From: the human T2T-CHM13v2.0 reference genome, Homo sapiens
Assembly: GCF_009914755.1 (NCBI RefSeq)
Contig: NC_060934.1
Strand: one strand, 5' to 3'
DNA: 64,000 nucleotides
Numbering within the stretch: position 1 is the first letter of the stretch; each line of letters begins with the position of its first letter. The position numbers and the translations under genes are program-made. Below, piece after piece: positions 52,003-64,000 of this stretch. The notes beneath the pieces were generated by a model, which saw only the letters and a program-made list of their open reading frames with translations, was not told the origin of the DNA and made no database searches.

Positions 52003-52310
52003 CTAAGCCATTATCCTCCGCAAACTAATGCAGGAACAGAAAACCAAACGCTGCATGTTCTCACTTATAAGTGGGAGCTAAATAAATGAGATCACATGGA
52101 CACAAGGAGGGGAACAACACACACTGGGGCCTGTTGGTGGAGGGCAGGGAGGGGGAGAGCATTAGGGAAAAGAGCTAATGCATGGCAGGCTTTATACCTA
52201 TGTGATGGGTTAGTAGGTGCAGCAAACCATCATGACACACGTTTACCTATGTAACAAACCTGCACATCCTGCACATGTACCCCAGAACTTAAAAAAATTT
52301 TAAAAAATTA
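52003..52310 (+). mobile_element. Short 5'-truncated L1PA (older subfamily) 3' end
   Basis: L1 3'UTR + A-tail; TSD aagagtacctggtc (51989-52002) / aagattacccggtc (52311-52324). Confidence 0.85.
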
Positions 52311-52803
52311 AAGATTACCCGGTCTTACACTAGCCCTGTCACTGTTGAGGTAAATGTGGACAGGTCTGGTTTTCCTTTGATCAAATTCTTAGTTACTTCA
52401 TAAGTGGCTGTAATGACATAATAATAATAGACACGAGAATTTATCTGAACTCTTCCAAGACAGGCACTGCACAAATCCCTGGAAGATGGATTCCAGCTCA
52501 GCGTCCGGGCAGTAGATTCCATGCTGTAACCCATAACCATCCCCAGCCCGGGATGCCTCTGTGAGATAGTGCAAGTCAAGATTATTCACAGTATTCTGGT
52601 TTTAAAAACAACCGTAAAAGTGGAGGTTTTTCACATTATAATCGGTCAGCATTTTGAGCTGTATTTCTTCAGATACTTAATCATACTTCTGAAATGTTAA
52701 GGTTAAACTCAACCAGTTTTCTTGAAATGATGCTTTTGTAAGCTAAGCAGAGATGTAATAGCCTAGAAAGGAAACTTCTTTTTTCATATTAATAATAGAC
52801 TTA

Positions 52804-53100
<297 letters not shown>

Positions 53101-53544
53101 CATCATATAATTAACCAATGATATGGAATAGATTTACTCATTTACCTAATATTGATTCATATCAGTAAGTTATTAAATGGTACTGTCATACCTTCCACTG
53201 TCCTTTTAATGATGTGTGTGTGTGTCTCTGTGTCATTAGAAAGGCAGTGCTATCCCACTCCCTCTGCTTAGACCCGAGATAACTAGAGACTCTGCTAACA
53301 AGTTTGCCACTGGCTTGCTTTATTTCACTTTCATCTCTAAAATGAGAAGGGTAATAGAATGCAAAAGCCTAGAGAATGGGTTAAAGTTATCACACATGCT
53401 GATGATACATATTTGAATAACAACAAAAAAACTTGGATTTTATGGATTATAGGCATATAGTTTTCCATAGTAAAACTCTTGAATCATAAATGAGGACTGC
53501 ATAACCTACAGTTCAAAATTATAAAAAATAACTATTTGTTCCAG

Positions 53545-53712
53545 GGAAAAACCTTCAGCATATGGAAACTGAATGATCTTCGTGACCTGACACAATGTGT
53601 GTCCTTGTTCTTATTTGGAGAAGTTCACAAAGCGCTCTGGAAGACGGAGCAGGGGACTGTCGTAGGGATCCTCAATGCCAACCCCATGAAGCCCAAGGAT
53701 GGTTCAGAGGAG
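53545..53712 (+). CDS. MCM10: MCM10 exon 8 (OB-fold)
   Basis: ttccag|; GKTFSIWKLNDL...GILNANPMKPKDGSEE; GAG|gtaaga. Confidence 0.96.
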
Positions 53713-53789
53713 GTAAGAGCCTGTTTCTGGAATTTGATTGATGATTGTCTTTACAAGTTAACTGAGTTTTATCAAAGATGTTTGATGCA

Positions 53790-54077
53790 GCACACAGTGG
53801 CTCACACCTGTAATCCTAACACTTTGGGGAGGCCAAAGCGGGAGGATCACTTGAGCCCAGGAGTTCAAGACCAGCCTGGGCAACATAGTGAGAACCCCAT
53901 CTCTACAAAAAATGTAAAAACTGGCTGTGAGTGGGGGCACACAACTGTAGTTCCATCTATTCAGGAGGCTGCGGTGGGAGGTTGAGGCTGTAGTGAGCCC
54001 TGATTGTGCCACTGCACTCCAACCTAGGTAACAAAGTAAGACCCCATCTCAAAAAAAAAGACAAGAAAAGAAAAAAG
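53790..54077 (+). mobile_element. AluJ
   Basis: Diverged dimer ~80 nt after exon 8. Confidence 0.85.
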
Positions 54078-54303
54078 TTTGTATTAGTCTACCTCCAGAA
54101 AATAAGTCATGCTTTTATGTGATTGTGTCTCCGTGAATCTGGCTTTTCATTTTTTGTTCATTCATTACCCATCAGTATTCTGAATTTCCACCTATTCTAA
54201 AGTGTTTTGTAACAACTACTTTTATTCCATCTTTTCAAATTAGTTACAAAGTTCCTGGAGTTTTTGAACTATTGTACTCAGGTTTCCTTGGATTCATACC
54301 TTC

Positions 54304-54903
<600 letters not shown>

Positions 54904-56387
54904 ATGATTCCTTATATAAATTTTTATGGTGGCATCAAGAAAGCAGTGTTTTATAGTTGAGGGGATTTTGCTCCGTTGACTGTGACAACCATAGCTGCAG
55001 TTTAAAATCAAAGTGAATTTTCATCTTCTCAAATACTAGAGTTTTGGCACTACCTACTGCTTCTCTAGGAAATTGCAAATCTAGACACAGTGTGAATAGC
55101 AACTGGCAGTTTCTCTACTCTGACCCAGCATGGAGCTTTACTCTGTTGTAGTCAGATTATTATTTTCAAGAGAAGTGAGAAAAATGTTATCTCATTCCTT
55201 GCTTTCACCAGAGAATGGCAACAAATCTTCCTCTATTGGTTAGGAATGTGTTTGGCTGCAAGTAACAAACAAACTTAAGTATAGTTTCTTTTCAACAATA
55301 AACAGTGGGGCTTATTTTTCTTACATATTAAAAAAATTCAGATTTAAACACTATAGTGATTTAAGAGTGACATCTCTGTGAGTCTCAGCCTTTCTCTCCT
55401 GGTCACAAGATGCCTTTGAAACTCTAGCCATCACTGTGAAGTGGCATACCGTGGAAGGGTGCCAGTTTCTTGGAGAGGAATACCATGCACTGTTTACCAG
55501 TCCGGTGGGAGGGCTCTAAACACCTTGCCAATTTCTACTATTTCCAGATCTGGTAGGTTCCCAGATCTGGCTGGAAGCTTTGTACAAACCCAGCTGCCAG
55601 TGGTTCAGCATAAACCAAGCTACCAGCAGCTTTGCACAAGCCTGCCTACAGGAGTATGCATCCGGGAGACAAAGCACACACAAATTGGGCAAAGCACCTT
55701 AGGCAGCGAGAGTCCACAGAAGCCTAGGATCTGGGTTGAGCCAGTCCACCAAGACTCAGTCAAGGCACTCCAGGCAGGCAGAGTCCTGTCTGCTCATGGC
55801 TCTCTTCACCCTGCAGCGGAGGGATTATGAAAGCACCCTGATCTGGGTTTTATAACCTGGAGGCTACTTGGCTTATTGAGCTCAAGTGTTGTAAGAGATC
55901 TTGTCCTAGGAGGGGTGAGGACAAAGCCCGAGCTATTCAGGACAGTCCCTCTTGGTACAGTCTGTCCAAGAAGAGAATTGCAAACAAGAAGGGAGAGAGC
56001 TGAGTTCAGCAAGGCCCTTGAGGGACTTGTCTCCCTCCAGTCATCTCCATTCAAGGCAAGAAGTGAAGAGGAAGGGGGAGCCAGCCTCCTAACTCATTTT
56101 GTCAGGAAAGCAGAAGCTTCCCTACCAACTCCTGTTTATGTCTGAGCATCTAGAACTTATCACATAACCAATGCTAGCTCTAAGGAGTGCTGGGAGAACA
56201 GGGAACAGGATCTATTACCTGAGGCTGAGAAGTCAGCCAGCCTAGAGAAAATCAGGATTCCAATCGCAAAGATGAAGGAAAGGATGGAAAATGGGAAAAG
56301 AACTGAAGGTGCCTTCTGCATCCCTGTTCCTAAAACGGTTATAGAGCCCTGGCTTCAAATTCCTTTAGACCACTAAAACCTCTCTCC

Positions 56388-56672
<285 letters not shown>

Positions 56673-56775
56673 AATAACCTTCTTAAATCAGCACCAACCA
56701 TTCTTTTTTCTATTCCTGCTAATAAAAGGCCATAATTTTGTCCGCCTTTAACTCCTGCCCCACCTTTTCTTACAG

Positions 56776-56892
56776 GTGTGTTTATCTATCGATCATCCTC
56801 AGAAGGTCTTAATTATGGGTGAAGCTCTTGACCTGGGAACCTGTAAAGCCAAGAAGAAGAATGGAGAGCCGTGCACGCAGACTGTGAATTTG
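56776..56892 (+). CDS. MCM10: MCM10 exon 9 (end of OB-fold, first half of zinc finger)
   Basis: ttttcttacag|; VCLSIDHPQKVLIMGEALDLGTCKAKKKNGEPCTQTVNL; TTG|gttggt. Read by eye; not in the ORF track. Confidence 0.95.
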
Positions 56893-57259
56893 GTTGGTTT
56901 CAGCCTTGTTAGGATGGTTTCTGCTAAAGAAAAGAACAGTTAGGAATAAACTGTTGGTGCTTTAGCTGTGATGACCAGTTTGGAACTGAGTTTCCCACTT
57001 AAAGGAAGAGTCAAAATGAGAAAATTTAATGTGTGGTTAATAACTGCCAGTTTAAAAAAGTGAGGGCAGGGGAAAGGTGAGGGGATTTAACCTCTTAGGA
57101 AAGTGATCTTTTATCTGACCAAGAAGTTTAAGACAGAATTTTTGTTTGCCTTTAATTCTTGTAATTCCACAGAGCAAACATGATGAAATACAATGAAAAT
57201 TGTATTTTAGCCTATATTTTAACTCCATTATACCTTTTCTTAGGGCTTTTTAAAAAATA

Positions 57260-58290
57260 ATAGCTTCATTTAGGTATAATTCACATACCATGCAATTCAC
57301 CCTTTTAAAGTAAGCAATTCAGGCCAGGTGTGGTGGCTCACTCTTGTAATCTCAGCACTTCGGGAGGTCGAGGCGGACAGATCATCTGAGATCAGGAGTT
57401 TGAGACTAGCCTGGCCACCATGGTGAAACCCCATCTCTACTAAAAATACAAAAATTAGGCGGTCATGGTGGTGGGCGCCTGTAGTTCCAGCTACTCAGGA
57501 GGCTGAGGCCAGAGAATCACTTGAACCTGGAAGGCAGAGGTTTCAGTGAGCTGAGATCGCACTATTATACTCCAGCCTGGGCGATAGAGTGAGATTCTGT
57601 CTCCAAAAAAGAATATAAATAAATAAAGTCAACAATTCAGTAATTTCTAGTACATTCACAGAGCTGTGCAACCATCACCACTGTGTAATTTCAGAACCCT
57701 TTCATTGCCCCAGAAAGAAACCCAGTACCCACTAGCAATCACTCCCCAGTCTCCTCTCCCCCAGCCCCTGGTAAGCACTAACCTACTTTCTGTCTCTATG
57801 GATTTGCCTCTTCTAGACATTTCATATAATGGAATCACAATATGTGGCCTTTTCTGTCTGGCTTCTTTTGCTTAGCATAATTTTTCTCACAATTGATCCG
57901 TGCTGTAGCATTTATCAACACTTTATTCCTTTTTGTGGGTAAATAATATTCCATTGTATGGATATACCATACGTTGTTTATTCTTTCATCAGTTGATACA
58001 CGCTTGGGTTGTTGCCACATTTAGCTATTATGAATAATGCTGCTAAAACACTCACATACAAGTTTTTATGTGGATGTATGTTTTCCACTCCCTTGGGCAT
58101 ATACCTGGGAGTGGGATTGCTGGGTCAACATGGTAACTGTCCAGAGTTTGGAGGAACTGCCAGACTGGTTTCCCAAGTGGCCCACCAGCAATGGATGAAC
58201 TTTCCAGTTTCTCCCTGTCCTCATCAGCACCTGTTACTCTATTTCTTTTTTGTTATAGCCATTGTAGTAGGTGTGAAGAGGTACTTCTTA
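57260..58290 (-). mobile_element. L1MB/ME 3' fragment with a nested Alu (57322-57628, +)
   Basis: ctactttctgtctctatggatttgcc...catttcatataatggaatc motifs. Confidence 0.75.
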
Positions 58291-58461
58291 GAGTTCTTTG
58301 AAAGGATTAAATGACAGGTTTTGGTTTAATCTTTTTTTATTCCCTTATTCCTTCCTATTAGATTAATTGGTGGACAGGAAAGAATAAGGTGGGAGACGGT
58401 TGGAAAATGAGGTTTCAGAGTGAAGTACCCAACAGATCTCCCCGTGAGAATTAGATTCTTA

Positions 58462-58782
<321 letters not shown>

Positions 58783-59492
58783 CTACTGTTCACCCAGCAG
58801 AACAATGCTGCACCATCTCTCTTTGTTTCTTTCACTGAAAGGATAGCACTTGTCCGAGGATCAACCAGAGAAACAGCTAGAAAAACCTCGCTGGGAGCTG
58901 ATTTTGTTTTTAAATTATTTTTTATTGGGTCAAAATTCACAATATACAGTTAATCATTTTAAAATACATATATAATTCAGTGATATTTAGTTGTGTAACC
59001 ACCAGCTCCCTGGTTTCAGAATTCCATCACCCTGTAAAAACAATGGCACCATAAAGTCATCACTCCCATCCCCACTCCCTCCGTCTCCTGGTGACGTCTA
59101 ATCTGCTTTCTGTCTCTATGGATTTGCCTCTTCTATAAAAACTTCCTTTTATATTAAATAACATAGGTCCTATATTAAATAACATAGGACCTTGTGTGTC
59201 TGACTTCTTTCACCTAACTTGTTTTCAAGGTTCATCCTAAAAGCTGATTTCCTTTGTAGAAAGAGGGCAAGGGGTATTTCACCAGAACAGTGCTTTCAGG
59301 GGACTCGAAGGGAAGAACTTCTTCCCCTCAGGGACTGAGCAGCCCTTCCACATTGGGAACGGTCGTGGAGGTCAGCAGGGAGGACTCTGCATGCGTCATG
59401 TTCCGGGAAGTGGGGAGAAGGAACTGTGTCTGCTCACTGCTGTTTCCCAGCCTGTTGCCCTCATCCTGATGCCACTGCTCTGCCTTTTGCAG

Positions 59493-59692
59493 CGTGACTG
59501 TGAGTACTGTCAGTACCATGTCCAGGCTCAGTACAAGAAGCTCAGCGCAAAGCGTGCGGATCTGCAGTCCACCTTCTCTGGAGGACGAATTCCAAAGAAG
59601 TTTGCCCGCAGAGGCACCAGCCTCAAAGAACGGCTGTGCCAAGATGGCTTTTACTACGGAGGGGTTTCTTCTGCCTCGTATGCAGCTTCAAT
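59493..59692 (+). CDS. MCM10: MCM10 exon 10 (second half of zinc finger, CEYCQYH)
   Basis: ccttttgcag|; RDCEYCQYHVQAQYKK...SASYAAS; AT|gtaaga. Confidence 0.96.
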
Positions 59693-59935
59693 GTAAGACG
59701 TTCTCGGGCTTCTTTTGGGCAGAGGATTTTGCTTATCAAAGACTAAACCTACTGGTTGTACCTTCCTGTAACCGTCATAGGATACTTGTACAGGTTTTAT
59801 CTTTCATAACTCACTACTTGAAACAAGTTGGTTAAAGACCGCTTTTATTCCCAGGTAGAGAGAAAAACTTTCAGGAGAGAGAGAGATTGACTTATGTTGT
59901 GTTGGACTTTAAGAGAGCCCACTCTTCCTCTTCAA

Positions 59936-60234
59936 CTTTTTTTTTTTTTTTTGAGACGGAGTCTTACTCTATCACCCAGGCTGGAGTGCAGTGGTGCAGT
60001 CTCAGCTCACTGCAACCTCCAAGTCCTGGGTTTAGGTGATTCTTCTGCCTCAGCCTCCTGAGTAGCTGGGACTACAGGCGCGTGCCACCACGCCCAGCTA
60101 ATTTTTGCATTTTTGGTACAGACAGGGTTTCACCATGATGGCCAGGCTGGTCTCGAAATCCTGACCTCAGCTGATCTGCCTGCCTCGGCCTCCCAAAGTG
60201 CTGGGATTACAGGCATGAGCCACTGCTCCCAGCC
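59936..60234 (-). mobile_element. AluSx
   Basis: Full dimer. Confidence 0.9.
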
Positions 60235-60488
60235 CCTCTTTGACTTCTAATGTGAATAGTGCACCTTCATCAGGGCCATTAAAAATGTGTTAATTACAGT
60301 GTTAACACCCTTTTAATTATTTCTCGTATGACTATATGAGTGAGGCTACAGACCTCATGGAACCCAAATTTCATTCAGTGAGTGAATATACTATGAAGCT
60401 TCACATGGGGAGTGGGGCGATGCTGGGCAGGCATCCATGGCCCCTTGCCTGGGGGTTCAGAGTCACTACAGCCCCTGACGCTGTAATC

Positions 60489-60707
60489 CAGGGGTGTCCA
60501 ATCTTTTGGCTTCCCTGGGCCCCTTTGGAAGAATTGTCTTGGACTACACATAAAATATATTAATGATAGCCTATAAGCTTAAAAAAAGAAAGAAAAGAAA
60601 AGAAAAATCTCTTAATGTTTTAAGAAAGTTTATGAATTTGTGTTGGGCCGCATTCAAAGCCATCCTGGGCTGCATGTGGCCCGCAGGCTATGGTTTGGAT
60701 AAGCTTG
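60489..60707 (+). mobile_element. MER30 DNA transposon
   Basis: caggggtgtccaatcttttggcttccctgggcc...ttggataagcttg termini. Confidence 0.85.
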
Positions 60708-61012
60708 TAATCAGTGGCCTCGTCACTACATTATATAAAGCATATCTGAGGACTTGGCACGAGGCAGCTACAGTTGGTCCAAGAATAAAACATAGATTTT
60801 TGTTCCCAATCCAGCAGGAATGGGGCAAGAGGACTCATTTCCTGTTTCTTTTTTAACAGTAAGCATGTTTTTGAGATTTAAAATTATTTCTGAATTTTTC
60901 CAATCTGCTAAAACAATACATGTATATTAGTCTTTTAAAAGAACATACAATCCAACCAATGGAGAAAATAAAAACCAACTATAATCCTATCACCTGAAAA
61001 ACTGTTAGTTCT

Positions 61013-61306
61013 AGGCCAGGCACAGTGGCTTACACCTGTAATCCCAGCACTTCGGGAGGCCAAGGCAGGAGGATTGCTTAAGCCCAGGAATTTGAGACCC
61101 GCCTGAGCGACATGGCAAAACCCCATCTCTACAAAATGCAAAAAAATTCGCTGGGCATGGTGGCACATGCCTGTAGTCCCAGCTGTTTGGGAGGCTGAGA
61201 TGGGAGAATTGCTTGAGCCTGGGGAAGTTGAGGCTGCAGTGAGTCAGGATTGCTCCACTGTACTCCAGGCTGGACAACAGAGTGAGATCTTGTCTCAAAA
61301 AAAAAA
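61013..61306 (+). mobile_element. AluJ
   Basis: TSD aaactgttagttc. Confidence 0.88.
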
Positions 61307-61909
61307 CCCCAAACTGTTAGTTCCTTGGTATATATACTCCTAGGTGTTGTGTTTCTTCATATGTGTACATTTTTAGTAATATAAAATGAGATCATATTGT
61401 TCCTATTCTTTGTATCCACTTTTTTTCCAGTGTAAAATAATTAATGTTTTTCTCATGTATTTTCAGTGGCTACATAGTGTTCTTTTGCATACTCTGCCTT
61501 AATTCATTTAAACAATTCCCTGTGGGTGAACGTTAATGGTGTTTCCAATGTATGACATTATAAACAAAGCTGCCATTAATATCCTAAATTTTTGCATAAT
61601 CCTTAATTATTTTAAGATAAATATCCAGACTGCTGGATCAAAGCATTGGCTTTTTTTTTATTTCTTTTGCCAAATTTCCTTCCAGAATGGCCTCAAGTGG
61701 ATTTGTAGGCTGCCTCTAGCTTTTCCTCTGTGACACAGTGCATAAACCAGTTATGCTATTGGGCCGTAACATTAAGAAAGCCTACTTAGATGGTGTTTTG
61801 AGAAACTTTGACGGTGTGTGTAATAAATGATGATATCTATGCCTTCTTTACCTCATCAGAGCATTGAGGCTTTAGTGATTCTCCTTTTGGGGGTGACTTG
61901 TCATTTCAG

Positions 61910-62010
61910 TGCAGCAGCTGTGGCTCCTAAGAAGAAGATTCAAACCACTCTGAGTAATCTGGTTGTTAAGGGCACAAACTTGATCATCCAGGAAACACGG
62001 CAAAAACTCG
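61910..62010 (+). CDS. MCM10: MCM10 exon 11
   Basis: catttcag|; AAAVAPKKKIQTTLSNLVVKG...RQKL; G|gtaact. Confidence 0.95.
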
Positions 62011-62065
62011 GTAACTTTGTTTTTCCATAAGAAATTTCTTTCTCCAGTTTAATTATGCAGCCTTA

Positions 62066-62198
62066 GGGATAAAAGACTACATATTGGGTACAGGGTACAC
62101 TGCTCCGGTGATGGGTACACCAAAATCTCAGAAATCACCACTAAGAACTTATTCATGCACAAAAATAAATAAATAAGCAAGCAAGCAAGCAAGCAAGC
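62066..62198 (+). mobile_element. Very short L1MA/L1PB 3' end with an (AAAT)n/(GCAA)n tail
   Basis: gggtacactgctccggtgatgggtacaccaaaatctcagaaatcaccact. Confidence 0.7.
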
Positions 62199-62861
62199 AG
62201 TCTTTAGGGTTGAAAATGGATACAGCTCATACTCTTAAGTAATAAGAATCCAGTCATCACCTGTACTTAGTGAGTGGCGCGGTCTAACCTAAAGGAATCA
62301 AGCCAGGTTTGCAGGACCTTAAGGAAAAAAACAGCATATTGATTTTAGCTATGTCTTACCTTAGTATGCTTTTTAAAATTTCTTGGTGTATCTGGGTCCA
62401 ACTCTTTACATCCAGCATTAGAATCAGCAGTATTATCTTCCTGGCCAAGCTTATTGGTTATCTTTTGTTAAAACGGGTCTTGGTCATAAAAACAAAAAAA
62501 TTTTTAATAAAATAAAAACAAATAAAAACAAGTCTTGATCAGAGAATGCAGCCCCCATCCTGGGCTTGTGGTCAGGGACCCTTATCCTTAGCGGATATTC
62601 CAGAAACAGGGTATGGAATGACCCCCAGATTTAAGGGCTTAATATTCTAATCATTACTAGAAATAAAATATAGTCGAGATACCCTGCCATCCTATGAGTC
62701 TGATGATAGAGGTTAAGGATTCTTTTCTTTCCTCTTGGGATTCCGTCTTCTTCGTTTACGTATGACTAAAATTACAAGTGCAGAGTTTAGAAAGTGGTAT
62801 GTCATATGACCTCAAACCATCTGAATGTGAATCCTCTAAAGCTGGTGTTGACCTGGCACAG

Positions 62862-62972
62862 GAATACCCCAGAAGAGCCTGTCTTGCTCTGAGGAGTTCA
62901 AGGAACTGATGGACCTGCCGACGTGTGGAGCCAGGAACTTAAAACAACATTTAGCCAAAGCCACAGCTTCAG
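62862..62972 (+). CDS. MCM10: MCM10 exon 12
   Basis: gcacag|; GIPQKSLSCSEEFKELMDLPTCGARNLKQHLAKATAS; CAG|gtacca. Confidence 0.93.
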
Positions 62973-63057
62973 GTACCATCAGCTGCATGGCCACACGTGT
63001 GTCCCTGTGTTCCCTCAGCCTCCCAGGGCACCCCCTCAGTCTGGGCTTCTGTTTCAG

Positions 63058-63175
63058 GGATTATGGGGAGCCCAAAACCAGCCATCAAGTCCATCTCGGC
63101 CTCAGCACTCTTGAAGCAACAGAAGCAGCGGATGTTGGAGATGAGGAGAAGGAAATCAGAAGAAATACAGAAGCG
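63058..63175 (+). CDS. MCM10: MCM10 exon 13 (gene continues beyond the window)
   Basis: tgtttcag|; GIMGSPKPAIKSISASALLKQQKQRMLEMRRRKSEEIQKR; CG|gtaaga. Exons 2-13 sum to 1748 nt with consistent phases. Confidence 0.95.
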
Positions 63176-63421
63176 GTAAGAGGAGCAGATTTAATATTCC
63201 CCGCTTGGGTCATCCATCTCAGGCGTCCTCAGAACGTCTTCATCGATTTCCAGAATGTGACTTCAGGTTTCGGTTGGCTGCGTTTTAACTCTGAAAGTTT
63301 AAAATAGTTTTCCCATAACCTGAATAGCATTTAAGGCTGTATTATTTCTTACACTGGTGACTCCCAACACCAAATGGTACAGGTTAGAGTCGTTATCACC
63401 ATGGAAAAGGGAAAGGAGTGA

Positions 63422-63802
<381 letters not shown>

Positions 63803-64000
63803 TAGAATACAGTTCTTTGGATAAAGGACAAAACTGAAGCACTAAAAATGGAGAGTCATTTTAGAGGCAAAAGCAAGTGGAAATGTGTTACTTGGCTTCA
63901 GCCAATAATTAAAAAAAAAAAAAATCAAGTGGAAATGCATAGGGTAGGTGGACAAATGAATGATTCCTGAACTCAGGTCACCTGAATACTAATGAGAGCT

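Noticed and set aside
55436-56145. 129-aa and 89-aa ORFs in MCM10 intron 8
   Set aside because: No recognisable protein similarity; lies among MaLR/LTR-like sequence I could not classify.
59150-59191. 21-bp tandem duplication (tatattaaataacatagg-cc x2)
   Set aside because: Ordinary slippage duplication inside an old L1 fragment.

Overview
Human (primate) genomic DNA, recognised from protein sequence as the OPTN-MCM10 locus (chr10p13). On the + strand: the last three coding exons and 3'UTR of OPTN (2685-~8930; UBAN domain and C-terminal zinc finger), and the CpG-island promoter plus exons 1-13 of MCM10 (~32170 to beyond the window end). The ~23 kb between them is mostly retroelements: two old head-to-head L1M elements, a 5'-truncated L1PA3/4-like element, LTRs and Alus (roughly 50 Alus or fragments in the whole window). 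It also holds three minus-strand processed pseudogenes that all keep their 5' ends: a highly diverged COX10 retrocopy (12506-13690, possibly unannotated), BTBD7P1 and an RPL36A retrocopy. The most notable observation is that both the COX10 and BTBD7 retrocopies stop matching the parent protein exactly at a splice-donor motif and continue into intron-like sequence, so they look like fossils of intron-terminated transcripts. I found no evidence of a wholly new biological system. Parent-gene identities, exon numbering and repeat subfamily names come from recall, not from a database search.
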